In this document: one piece after another, positions 1 through 8,819 of the stretch
Position numbering within the stretch: position 1 is the stretch's first letter
How the letters are laid out: the number at the start of each line of letters is the position of its first letter
Virus record (IMG/VR): IMGVR_UViG_3300031784_000006
From: a virus
Lineage: Duplodnaviria > Caudoviricetes
Direction: 5' to 3' (one strand)
Length of the DNA stretch: 64,000 bases
Program-made: the position numbers and the translations under genes
The notes under the pieces: generated by a model
What the model was told of the DNA's origin: nothing
The model's input: only the letters and a program-made list of their open reading frames with translations
Database searches by the model: none

Positions 1-59
1 GTGAACATCGTGACAAATGTTATTACATATGCTGTTTCCATTTTTCTTCTCCAGAGAGT

Positions 60-299
60 TTATTTTTTCTTGATATCAAAATGAAATTCTATAAAAAAAT
101 GAAACTCTCTGCGGAAGAGAGAAATCATTTTACCAAACTTCATTTTAAAAGTTTTTGGTTTTTCTGATTTCTTCCTCCTATTGCGTAGCAATAACTCAAC
201 ACCCCTGTTAATTTGGGGTTCTGACTTATTTAGTTTTCTTCTTTCTCCTTCCTGGCCTTTTGTCATGACTATATCTCCAGGCATCCTCAAGAATACCAT
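60..299 (-). CDS. hypothetical protein
   Basis: ORF track; overlaps the end of the upstream gene in the same direction. Confidence 0.5.
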   Translation of the reverse strand: MVFLRMPGDIVMTKGQEGERRKLNKSEPQINRGVELLLRNRRKKSEKPKTFKMKFGKMISLFRREFHFFIEFHFDIKKK

Positions 300-585
300 G
301 TAGGTAATTTCTTATTTTTCTTGCTTGTGGTTTTGGAATATGACCATATCCCTCTCGAAGTTGTTTATGAATTTCATCCGATCCCCCCTCAAGATAATCA
401 TCAAGATCCATTACAAGATTACTCAACTCATGTGCTGTGTTACTTTCAATAAACTCTTCAACTTCAACTCTTTTTGTCCCACGAACTTTCAAATAATCAT
501 AAAATCCTAAAACAAATTGACCATTGAAAGCATAGTCAATTGCTTTTTCTACGTCATTGCAAACTTCATGCAGATTATTATCCAT
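226..585 (-). CDS. hypothetical cyanophage protein (start moved to MDNNLHEV)
   Basis: ATG at 585 overlaps the glutaredoxin stop (TAATG coupling). Confidence 0.7.
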   Translation of the reverse strand: MDNNLHEVCNDVEKAIDYAFNGQFVLGFYDYLKVRGTKRVEVEEFIESNTAHELSNLVMDLDDYLEGGSDEIHKQLREGYGHIPKPQARKIRNYLHGILEDAWRYSHDKRPGRRKKKTK

Positions 586-821
586 TAAACTAGATTTTGC
601 TCCTTTAAATATTGAACTGTATCTGTACACCCACCAATGTGTTGGTCATTTACAATCACTTGAGGAAAAGTAGAACCCTCCCCAAATTCTGCGTAGAATT
701 CATTACGATTGAAATCTACTCCAAGTTTATAGACTACATACTGTAGTTCTGCCAACTCTAGCACCTGTTGGACTTTTGTGCAATATGGACAACCATCTTT
801 TGAATAAACTGTAAACTTCAT
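585..821 (-). CDS. grx: glutaredoxin
   Basis: CPYC active site; TFPQV and IGGC motifs. Confidence 0.93.
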   Translation of the reverse strand: MKFTVYSKDGCPYCTKVQQVLELAELQYVVYKLGVDFNRNEFYAEFGEGSTFPQVIVNDQHIGGCTDTVQYLKEQNLV

Positions 822-842
822 AATTCTTTATAAAACTGAAAG

Positions 843-1136
843 TTATTTAGCGTTAACTGGAATTCCTTGACCTTCGGGCAACCACACTTGTTGCTGAAGT
901 TCTATATGAGGTAGTTCTTCTTTTGCTGCAGGTAGTCCTTGTTGTCCAGGAAGTTGTTTATCTGTTGTTGATTTTACTGTAATCACCTGGTCCATAATGA
1001 ACTTTTGTTTTCTATAAGTTCTTCTATCTGGTTGTAACTCAAAGAGCATTATTGCATCTCCTTCACTTCCACAATGAGCAATGACTTTACCAGTGATTTT
1101 ATCCGTCACCACCCAATAATCAATAATCATATACAT
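843..1136 (-). CDS. hypothetical protein
   Basis: ORF track; co-oriented with neighbours. Confidence 0.55.
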   Translation of the reverse strand: MYMIIDYWVVTDKITGKVIAHCGSEGDAIMLFELQPDRRTYRKQKFIMDQVITVKSTTDKQLPGQQGLPAAKEELPHIELQQQVWLPEGQGIPVNAK

Positions 1137-1248
1137 TCTTTTTTTGTTCTTTTGATTTATTATAATTCCTTACTGGCGGTCTGTAAAGGTTAGGCCAAGT
1201 GTCTCTGATGATTTCAGAAAGTTTATATGATGTTTCTGAAGTAATCAT
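1120..1248 (-). CDS. small hypothetical protein (42 aa, MITSETSYKLSEIIRDTWPNLY...)
   Basis: Translated by hand; ATG overlaps the upstream TAA. Confidence 0.55.
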   Translation of the reverse strand: MITSETSYKLSEIIRDTWPNLYRPPVRNYNKSKEQKKNVYDY

Positions 1249-1409
1249 TAAAATCTACCAGGAGTATAATTCATTCCTTCAAGGAGTTCATCTAACATTG
1301 TACCATACTCTTTAAATCTTTTGTCACCAGCAATGAAACATCTCTGACGCATCCAAAGAGCATCTGCCAAAAGTTTAATTTGGTCTTCTGAAAGTGTTAG
1401 GTTTTTCAT
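1248..1409 (-). CDS. small hypothetical protein (53 aa, MKNLTLSEDQIKLL...)
   Basis: Translated by hand; coupled stop/start. Confidence 0.55.
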   Translation of the reverse strand: MKNLTLSEDQIKLLADALWMRQRCFIAGDKRFKEYGTMLDELLEGMNYTPGRF

Positions 1410-1527
1410 GATTGTTAGGGTAGTGATAGTGGTCTGTCATTGACATTAGAAACATAAAGATTCCAAAGAGTTGGAATAGTATGAGAATAAGAAGCATAAA
1501 AAAAGGAGTTCAGAGAACTCCTTGTAT

Positions 1528-1974
1528 TTATTTTAACCTCTGTAGATTCTCCACTAAAGTTTTAAGTTCTGTTAGAGTTGCATCATTTTTAAGAGTATTG
1601 GCTCTGTTGCTGATTACCCACACATTACCTTTGATATATCCTTTGGAAGAATCAATACGATCTAATGATGGTGATTCCATAGGAGTGCCTAACAAAGGGC
1701 AGGTGTCTGGAATAACAATATCTTCTTTTGTGATATTAAAATCCAGACCCTTTTGCTTTGCTCTATATTTTGCTCGAGACCACATAGGTGATCTTGGATC
1801 TTGTCCTGTCTTACGAAGTGATTTGGCATAACATCCACAAGATACTGTTTGTCCAGGTTTCATAGATGATCTACGAACTGTTTTTATAGTTCCACAATCA
1901 CATTGAACTTTACAATATCTGTGAAGTTTATCAGACCATTCATCAAGAACAGTAAGCATTCCTATCTTTTCCAT
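1528..1974 (-). CDS. HNH-type (His-Me finger) homing endonuclease downstream of psbD
   Basis: N-terminal CDCG/SCGC Zn module; CPLLG...SLDRIDSSKGYIKGNVWVISNRANTLK nuclease motif. Confidence 0.8.
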   Translation of the reverse strand: MEKIGMLTVLDEWSDKLHRYCKVQCDCGTIKTVRRSSMKPGQTVSCGCYAKSLRKTGQDPRSPMWSRAKYRAKQKGLDFNITKEDIVIPDTCPLLGTPMESPSLDRIDSSKGYIKGNVWVISNRANTLKNDATLTELKTLVENLQRLK

Positions 1975-2003
1975 AATTCTACCACACGATAGAATTATTT
2001 ATA

Positions 2004-3065
2004 TTATAATGCATTTCCGCGAGGTAAAACTTCTTCTGGAAATACAAATTGCTCGTGAGGTTGGTCTACTGGTGCCATCCAAGCACGAAGACCTTCATTA
2101 AGAAGTATATTTTTTGTGTAAAATGTCTCAAATTCCGGATCTTCTGCTGCTCTGATTTCCTGACTTACAAAGTCGTAAGCACGCAGATTAAGAGCAAGAC
2201 CGATGATACCGATACTGGAAGTCCAAAGACCCATAACAGGGACGAAAAGCATAAAGAAATGCAACCAACGCTTATTACTGAAAGCAATACCAAAAATCTG
2301 CGACCAGAATCGGTTTGCAGTAACCATTGAATAGGTTTCCTCTTCTTGAGTTGGTTCAAATCCTTTAAATGTGTTTGCTTGGTCTCCATCTTCATACAGC
2401 GTGTTTTCTACAGTTGCTCCATGAATCGCACAGAGCAGTGCTCCACCCAGTATACCAGCAACTCCCATCATATGGAAGGGGTTAAGGGTCCAGTTGTGGA
2501 AACCTTGTAGGAAGAGCAGGAACCTGAAGATGGCAGCAACCCCAAAGGAAGGGGCGAAGAACCAACTGGATTGACCCAGAGGATACATCAGGAACACAGA
2601 AACGAATACTGCAATAGGACCAGAGAATGCAATTGCGTTGTAAGGACGGATGCCTACAAGACGGGCAATCTCAAACTGGCGAAGCATGAATCCAATTAGG
2701 CTGAAAGCCCCGTGGAGCGCCACAAAAGTCCAGAGTCCCCCAAGTTGGCACCACCTGATGAAATCCCCTTGAGACTCAGGACCCCAAAGTAGAAGAAGAG
2801 AATGACCCATAGAATCTGCAGGCGTTGACACAGCAGCCGTAAGGAAATTAGCCCCCTCAAGGTAACTAGACGCCAACCCGTGGGTGTACCAACTCGTAAC
2901 AAACGTTGTGCCAGTAAGCCAGCCACCAAGGGCAAGATAAGCAGTGGGAAAAAGTAGTAATCCAGACCAACCCACAAATACAAAGCGATCTCGTTTAAGC
3001 CAGTCATCCAAGACATCGAACCATCCTCGTTGTTGAATTGGTTGTGAAAGTGTTGAAGAAGTCAT
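2004..3065 (-). CDS. psbD: photosystem II D2 protein
   Basis: Canonical D2 sequence ([15 protein letters not shown]...[10 protein letters not shown]); start at MTSS after GGAGG RBS. Confidence 0.99.
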   Translation of the reverse strand: MTSSTLSQPIQQRGWFDVLDDWLKRDRFVFVGWSGLLLFPTAYLALGGWLTGTTFVTSWYTHGLASSYLEGANFLTAAVSTPADSMGHSLLLLWGPESQGDFIRWCQLGGLWTFVALHGAFSLIGFMLRQFEIARLVGIRPYNAIAFSGPIAVFVSVFLMYPLGQSSWFFAPSFGVAAIFRFLLFLQGFHNWTLNPFHMMGVAGILGGALLCAIHGATVENTLYEDGDQANTFKGFEPTQEEETYSMVTANRFWSQIFGIAFSNKRWLHFFMLFVPVMGLWTSSIGIIGLALNLRAYDFVSQEIRAAEDPEFETFYTKNILLNEGLRAWMAPVDQPHEQFVFPEEVLPRGNAL

Positions 3066-3090
3066 AACCTCCCATGTATTTCTCATATTT

Positions 3091-3119
3091 AGTTTACATT
3101 AGTTTACAAAAGAAGTCAA
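3091..3119 (-). promoter_or_regulatory. sigma70-type psbD promoter overlapped by an HLR1 direct repeat
   Basis: TTGACT-N17-TAAACT on minus; TTTACATT-AG-TTTACAAA at 3093-3110 on plus. Confidence 0.65.
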
Positions 3120-3125
3120 TGAGTA

Positions 3126-3638
3126 TTAGTTCTTATAGCACCAATGATGCTTTCCATAATGCTCAACTGCTTTTCTAGTGTTTTGTCTTGGAGTAACATA
3201 TTCCAGATTATCCAATCTATTATTCGTAAAGTCGTGGTCTTTATGGTTTATATAGATACACTCTCTTACTATTTGTTTTATACTTTCAGGAGTTCTTTCC
3301 CATTCTTCAATTGGAACTGGCGGATTTTCATCAATGGGACAAAAAGTTTCCATTACCAATTGATGAACTCTTCTATCTCTTGTAATGCTATTTTTACTGG
3401 ATGCAGTTAATCTATATTCATAATCAAAAAAACCTTTCGGAAAAGTCAAAGATATACTCATTCCCCTATTTTGTTTTCTTGCTTTTTTAATCTTTCTAAA
3501 ATTGGGGTCAAAAATCCAACCAATATTTCCTCCACATTGTTTTTTATGAGTAACTATATTCCCATAATTTGATACAGAATATCCTTCATAAACTTTTCCA
3601 TCAACTACAATGTTTTTCCATTCTTCTTTCATAATCAA
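3126..3638 (-). CDS. NUMOD4-HNH homing endonuclease
   Basis: YSVSNYGNI NUMOD4-like start; VHQLVMETF; INHKDHDFTNNRLDNLEYVTPRQN HNH motif. Confidence 0.85.
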   Translation of the reverse strand: MIMKEEWKNIVVDGKVYEGYSVSNYGNIVTHKKQCGGNIGWIFDPNFRKIKKARKQNRGMSISLTFPKGFFDYEYRLTASSKNSITRDRRVHQLVMETFCPIDENPPVPIEEWERTPESIKQIVRECIYINHKDHDFTNNRLDNLEYVTPRQNTRKAVEHYGKHHWCYKN

Positions 3639-4222
3639 TTAGTTTTTAATTTCAGATTTGCGTAATCTATAACTTCTTGTATCGGTAGTTCTTTTACAAA
3701 ATGCTCTGAACCACCTATTATACCATCAATTTTATTTTGATGATGTTTGTATGTATCTAGGATATATCTTTCACAATCAAATACCTCCTTATGAGATGCT
3801 TTCCATTCACCAAGTTCTTTTACAGTTTCTGTGAACCTATATTTTATTCCGTGAAAAGACCTACCTATCTTATAAGTTCCATAGATTGTTTCTATAAAAT
3901 AAAGGTAATCTTCTCTGTCTGCCCATTCTTCCTTAAAACCAAAAAATCCATAACTCTTTGATACACCAACAGTTCCAGCATTCCAAGTTGGTTTTCCAAA
4001 TGCAGGATTATTTTTTCCAACTTTTGATTTCCTCTTACAACAGAATGCTTCTCCACCTTTTTCATAAGTAACAATAAAGTTTCTTATACTCATATTTCGT
4101 TGACCTGTGCAGGGACAACTTACAATCACATCAGCAGAACGACGAACAAGTTTTTCGGGAAGATGAATTAGTTCCAATCCTCTTCTATCACATTCAGATA
4201 TTACTAGTTGGTGCAAATCCAT
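3635..4222 (-). CDS. putative homing endonuclease (N-terminal Cys/NUMOD3-like DNA-binding part, C-terminal GIY-YIG-like domain)
   Basis: GKNNPAFGK motif; YLYFI...YKIGRS...E...GGSEHF; late promoter upstream. Confidence 0.65.
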   Translation of the reverse strand: MDLHQLVISECDRRGLELIHLPEKLVRRSADVIVSCPCTGQRNMSIRNFIVTYEKGGEAFCCKRKSKVGKNNPAFGKPTWNAGTVGVSKSYGFFGFKEEWADREDYLYFIETIYGTYKIGRSFHGIKYRFTETVKELGEWKASHKEVFDCERYILDTYKHHQNKIDGIIGGSEHFVKELPIQEVIDYANLKLKTN

Positions 4223-4248
4223 AAAGGTTGCTCATAACTTTCCATAAC

Positions 4249-4256
4249 TATTTATA
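4249..4256 (-). promoter_or_regulatory. T4-type late promoter TATAAATA
   Basis: Exact consensus 27 nt upstream of the endonuclease ATG. Confidence 0.65.
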
Positions 4257-4267
4257 CATTATACCAT

Positions 4268-4295
4268 AAAAAAAGAGACCCGTAAAGGGTCTCTC
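4268..4295 (-). terminator. intrinsic terminator after psbA
   Basis: GAGACCC-TTTAC-GGGTCTC stem followed by a T run. Confidence 0.8.
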
Positions 4296-4301
4296 GTTTT
4301 A

Positions 4302-5639
4302 TCAACCGATTGCGGGAGCAGTTAGAGCAACAGGAGTTGCTTCTGCGGCAGCAAGGTCAAGTGGGAAGTTGTGCAATTGTGTTATCGTAGTGGTTCTTTA
4401 TCCTCTACTTCTTACTGTCGCCAGTAAGTTCAGACTATCTCTTCATCCTTATGTTTATTAAGGAGTCGGGCATTCGTGGGTAGATTATTGTTGGGACTCA
4501 CTACCTAGTCGTTAGACCTTTCAGAAAACTTAAACCCTTTCTGACTTGGTACGGGATTGTCTCATAGAGAGTTTCCCCGTTTAACCCGATTTTACTAATG
4601 CCTATTACTAGGCAAGAACACCAACAAATCTAGCGTTCCTTTCGTGCATTACCTCCATGCCCAGACCAGCACGGTTAAGTACATCAGCCCAGGTATTAAC
4701 AACACGGCTCTGACTATCCAGAATACTCTGGTTAAAATTCAGACCGTTGAGATTAAAAGCCATCGTAGAAACACCAAGAGCGGTGAACCAGATGCCTACA
4801 ACAGGCCAGGCAGCAAGGAAGAAGTGCAGCGAACGTGAGTTATTAAAGGAAGCATATTGGAAAATAAGGCGTCCGAAATAACCGTGAGCAGCAACGATGT
4901 TGTATGTCTCTTCTTCTTGTCCGAACTTATAACCGTAGTTCTGTGACTCATTCTCGGTGGTTTCACGAACCAGTGAAGAAGTAACCAGAGAACCGTGCAT
5001 CGCAGAGAACAGTGAACCACCGAAGACACCAGCAACTCCAAGCATGTGGAAGGGGTGCATCAGAATGTTATGTTCTGCCTGGAACACAAGCATGTAGTTG
5101 AAAGTACCAGAGATACCCAGGGGCATCGCATCAGAGAAAGAACCTTGACCAAAAGGATACACCAGGAACACTGCAGAAGCAGCAGCAACAGGTGCGCTGT
5201 AAGCAACACAGATCCAAGGACGCATTCCAAGACGATAGGAAAGTTCCCACTCACGACCCATATAAGCATAGATACCGATCAGAAAGTGGAAGACGACCAG
5301 TTGGAAAGGTCCTCCATTATATAGCCACTCATCCAGAGAAGCAGCTTCCCAAATTGGGTAAAAGTGCAGTCCAATAGCATTGGACGAAGGGATAACAGCA
5401 CCAGAGATGATGTTGTTTCCATACATAAGTGAACCAGCAACGGGTTCACGGATACCATCAATGTCCACAGGAGGAGCACCGATGAAGGCGATGATGAAAC
5501 AAGTTGTAGCAGCAAGTAGGCAAGGAATCATAAGGACTCCGAACCAACCGACATACAGACGATTATCGGTTGAAGTAACCCAGTTGCAGAATTGTTCCCA
5601 AGTATTTGATTGTCGTTGACGTGAAATTGTAGCAGTCAT
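4302..5639 (-). CDS. psbA: photosystem II D1 protein, two exons (5639-4632 and 4373-4302), 359 aa spliced
   Basis: Canonical D1 to ...HERNA; exon 2 encodes [23 protein letters not shown]. Confidence 0.98.
4374..4631 (-). mobile_element. 258-nt ORF-less group I intron in psbA between Ala336 and His337
   Basis: Exon 1 ends in U, intron ends in G; P1 GAACGCU/GGUGUUC with U-G at the splice site; ACGACUAG and GAGAUAGUC P7 (R/S) elements. Confidence 0.93.
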
Positions 5640-5651
5640 TTGTTTAAAAGA

Positions 5652-5755
5652 GTAGTAAGACCATCAGGGAAATGGTGGAGTTACTATGCTCCCGCCACCC
5701 TCAGGCGGGATATGAGAGACGTACTTTATACTCCCCATAGGTCTCGGTTAATGGG
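5652..5755 (-). ncRNA. PhotoRC-II-like structured psbA 5' leader
   Basis: ACCGAGACC...GUCUCUCAUAUCCCGCC-UGAGGGU-GGCGGGA...ACCAUUUCCCUGAUGGU, directly 5' of psbA; recognised from memory of the motif, not scanned. Confidence 0.7.
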
Positions 5756-5801
5756 AGTTGCAATGTAACGAATTATGAGGAATCCGTAACATTTGTTTAC
5801 C

Positions 5802-5835
5802 TATTTATCATACTACGGTCTGTTACGCCTGTCAA
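5802..5835 (-). promoter_or_regulatory. psbA promoter: sigma70 plus an overlapping late-type ATAAATA
   Basis: TTGACA(5830-5835)-N17-TATGAT(5807-5812), then ATAAATA. Confidence 0.65.
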
Positions 5836-5881
5836 GCCCTTTCTGCTAAATACTTCCAGTGTTCATTCACAATAAAAGAAA

Positions 5882-6343
5882 ATGAAAAGACTTCTATTAG
5901 CCTTTTCGTTATTCTTCGCTATCCCAGTTAATGCTGCTGAAATCACATCAAAAATCACTGACTCCGTACAATTGAAAGTTGATGGTGCTGCAGTTCAATC
6001 AACCCGAATCGGTGCTTCATATTCCGCATCAGGAACCAATATCCAATCCACATCCTTTGGTGGTGTAGGTGGTGCTGGAACCTACGATATCAATACTCCA
6101 GGTCAAGCATTTACTTTCTCAGAAAGTATCAATGCTGCTGACACTCCCGTTACTACTCAAACAGTTACAAATGGTGTGATTGGAACACCAAATCTCTATG
6201 GAGATAGTGTAACTCAAGTTGGTGGTGAGAAAGGAACTCTTGCAGGTACTCTTTCCCCAACTGGTGTTCCTACTGTTACTGCTGGTGGTGCAGGAACAAG
6301 TGCTACTGCTCAAAGATCCATTGAGTTAAGTGTATTCAAATGA
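5882..6343 (+). CDS. exported hypothetical protein with signal peptide
   Basis: MKRLLLAFSLFFAIPVNA signal-like N-terminus; G/T/S-rich; CTAAATA late-like box upstream. Confidence 0.75.
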   Translation: MKRLLLAFSLFFAIPVNAAEITSKITDSVQLKVDGAAVQSTRIGASYSASGTNIQSTSFGGVGGAGTYDINTPGQAFTFSESINAADTPVTTQTVTNGVIGTPNLYGDSVTQVGGEKGTLAGTLSPTGVPTVTAGGAGTSATAQRSIELSVFK

Positions 6344-6705
6344 GACATTTAACTCCCGCTTTGCTTTTAGCAACGGGAGTCATTTGTACTCCCGTTTATG
6401 CTGAGAGTGTTGTGCCTAATTTTACTAGAGGTACAATCAATGCAACCACAGAATCTACAACAAGAATTGTAGAAGCAATTCGTCAAGTTGAATATACTAC
6501 TGGCGAATCTTATACTGTAACTGGTACGAACATCAACATTCCTGGAAATCCTCAAAGGGGTGCTGGTTATTCGATTATGACGCAAGGTGCTCCATTCCAG
6601 TTCAGCGAAACCTATCTCGGACCTGGAGTGGCCAAAGAAACATGGATAGACAGAACTACAGAAACAGAATCAACCACTACATCAATCTCTGTCTTTACGC
6701 AGTAA
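6340..6705 (+). CDS. exported hypothetical protein with signal peptide
   Basis: MRHLTPALLLATGVICTPVYA; ATGA coupling to previous gene. Confidence 0.75.
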   Translation: MRHLTPALLLATGVICTPVYAESVVPNFTRGTINATTESTTRIVEAIRQVEYTTGESYTVTGTNINIPGNPQRGAGYSIMTQGAPFQFSETYLGPGVAKETWIDRTTETESTTTSISVFTQ

Positions 6706-7226
6706 TTTCGACAGGGACTGCATTTGCTCAAAGTGCTCCTGCACCTAGCAATACGAACATTGCTGGACCAAGTGCAAGTGCTACAGGAAATGTAACGAAC
6801 CAAGCAGTTCAAGTTCTTCAAGGACCATATGCCCTCAACACTTATGGTGGTGGAGTAAGTTGCCAAGGTGCAACATTTTCATTCTCCCCATTTGCTATGA
6901 GTGGCAACAATTCAAGTGAGGACCCAGAATCTTTTGCATCCAGCAGTGGAAACTGGGGACTTTCTGCAGGATTTAATATCCCATTAGATAGAAATCTAAT
7001 GAACTTATGTAGAAGAAGAGCAGAGACTGAAATTGCTAGACAGCAAGCAGAGACCGATAAAGCAAGATTAGATTTTGAGCTTGTTAGATTAATTAAATGT
7101 GGTGAAGCATATAAGAATGGAGTGATGTTCCATCCAGATAGTCCTTACTACAAAGTTTGTGCCGATGTTGTTGTGAAATACCCAAGAGTTGAGGATGTGG
7201 TCAATGGAACCAATACAACTAATTGA
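6642..7226 (+). CDS. hypothetical protein, probably exported, Cys-containing (start uncertain)
   Basis: Hydrophobic stretch ending AFA-QS; coiled-coil segment. Confidence 0.65.
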   Translation: MDRQNYRNRINHYINLCLYAVISTGTAFAQSAPAPSNTNIAGPSASATGNVTNQAVQVLQGPYALNTYGGGVSCQGATFSFSPFAMSGNNSSEDPESFASSSGNWGLSAGFNIPLDRNLMNLCRRRAETEIARQQAETDKARLDFELVRLIKCGEAYKNGVMFHPDSPYYKVCADVVVKYPRVEDVVNGTNTTN

Positions 7227-8088
7227 TAATCCAAATCTAAGACCTATAATCGGAAATAATCCGATTAATGTCCCAAATGCAAACATCAATCGAATATCTG
7301 GTCCATCTGTAATTTCAACTATAGATAGACCAAATGTTCGTGGTGTTGAGCAACCTGTTGTTCGTGGATTGGAAGTTCCTGTTGTTGATGTTCCAAATAC
7401 TGCAATCAAGTATCCAGTTATTAATGTTCCAACTCAAGCAGAGTTTGATGCTGCAGTAAATGCAGAGCGTCAAAAACAAGCAGCAGAAGAGCAACAAAAA
7501 ACCAGAGGTCTTCCAGATACTACCCCCCCTCCTCAACTGCCTCAAGTCGTTCAAACCCCCCCTACTCAAACTCCTGTTCCTACTCCAATATCAGAAGTTC
7601 CAGCAGATAAACCACAACCTACTTTTACTGCTTATGGAGTCGATATTAATTTACCTGATCCTTCTCTTGTTGCTACGGCTGGTGCTGTCGCAGTAGTCAC
7701 AACTGCTGCGACAATGGCATCATCAGCGGTTCTCAATATATTAAAGAACGCTGCAGAACCATTTATAAAAGAAGCAACAAAGAATAAGTTCAAAATTAAA
7801 ATCAAACAGGTCAAACCTGTTCTACATTATGTAATGGCAGAAGCAGGTCACATTGATATCTTCGAATACTCTGCGGAGGGAACAAGACTAGTTGCACAAA
7901 CAGATAATGTGGAACAGTATATTCGTGATGAAATTGAAAAGAATACTTTATATGAAATAGAAAATAAAGTTATTATCGACGAACCAGTAAAAGATAAATT
8001 CACAAAAGAGGGGCAAGAAAGATTTAAATCTCTCTATGCCGCTCCTAAGAAAATTGCTAAAAAATTATCTGCTCGCTTGTCTTTTTGA
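7204..8088 (+). CDS. Pro-rich, membrane-anchored hypothetical protein
   Basis: P/T/V-rich linker followed by hydrophobic AGAVAVVTTAATMASSAVL segment. Confidence 0.7.
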   Translation: MEPIQLIDNPNLRPIIGNNPINVPNANINRISGPSVISTIDRPNVRGVEQPVVRGLEVPVVDVPNTAIKYPVINVPTQAEFDAAVNAERQKQAAEEQQKTRGLPDTTPPPQLPQVVQTPPTQTPVPTPISEVPADKPQPTFTAYGVDINLPDPSLVATAGAVAVVTTAATMASSAVLNILKNAAEPFIKEATKNKFKIKIKQVKPVLHYVMAEAGHIDIFEYSAEGTRLVAQTDNVEQYIRDEIEKNTLYEIENKVIIDEPVKDKFTKEGQERFKSLYAAPKKIAKKLSARLSF

Positions 8089-8505
8089 TTCCAGTAAAGC
8101 AAAATCTTTTTTCTTTGTGCCACCAGAATATTCCCAAGCAAATCCCTCATCAATCATCATTTGATTGACTGATTTCTTTTTATTGACTGCGGATACTTCC
8201 TTATCACCAATAAACAAATGTCCCAGAATTCTTCCGTACTTTTCGGTAGAATCTGGGAGTTCTGTTTTAACAATAATATCTTCCTGACCTTCTAACTTTT
8301 TCTTGAGCCATTCTTTAACTTCAAGACCAAGTGTTTTCTCTTTGAGATCAGTTGTTCTGCTCTCTGGGGTATCGACACCAGCAAGACGAATTCGCTTAGT
8401 AAGGGAGATATCAAAACCAAGATCAATAGCAGCGTCAATAGTATCACCATCTACGACTTTAAGAACTGACTTGATTCTATAAATGTACGGATCTTTGTCT
8501 GCCAT
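8065..8505 (-). CDS. thermonuclease (SNase-like)
   Basis: VVDGDTI, IRLAGVDTPE, KYGRILG motifs. Confidence 0.88.
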   Translation of the reverse strand: MADKDPYIYRIKSVLKVVDGDTIDAAIDLGFDISLTKRIRLAGVDTPESRTTDLKEKTLGLEVKEWLKKKLEGQEDIIVKTELPDSTEKYGRILGHLFIGDKEVSAVNKKKSVNQMMIDEGFAWEYSGGTKKKDFALLESKRQASR

Positions 8506-8717
8506 TAGAAAGGAAACTTAATACTCCCTGTATTTAGTTTAGGAATAGGTAGTTTCTCAAATGCTTTATTGACTTGATTTTCAACAACCTTACCAACAAA
8601 CTGTTCTGGATTGTTGAGGATTGCTTCTGCTTTCTTATAAGTCACATAAGCACCATAACAAAGTGCTCCACTAATGAGAAGACTTGTCGTTGATAGAATG
8701 ATTGCTAAATTTTTCAT
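8505..8717 (-). CDS. small membrane-anchored hypothetical protein
   Basis: N-terminal hydrophobic helix; coupled to the next gene. Confidence 0.6.
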   Translation of the reverse strand: MKNLAIILSTTSLLISGALCYGAYVTYKKAEAILNNPEQFVGKVVENQVNKAFEKLPIPKLNTGSIKFPF

Positions 8718-8819
8718 CTTTCATTTCCTCGTGTGCTAATCGTAATATGTAGTAAATCACATATAAAGTAAAAATAAGACCACAACCTAATATTGTAATC
8801 ACTCCCCAAGGCAATTCCA

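Noticed and set aside
3635-4222. Naming this gene F-CphI
   Set aside because: No Endo VII-type motif recognised; the features look GIY-YIG-like.
4608-5639. psbA appearing truncated with a novel RFVGVLA tail
   Set aside because: The tail is read-through into the intron; the true C-terminus is in exon 2 (4373-4302).
5786-5800. NtcA site near the psbA promoter
   Set aside because: Spacing is GTA-N9-TAC, not N8.
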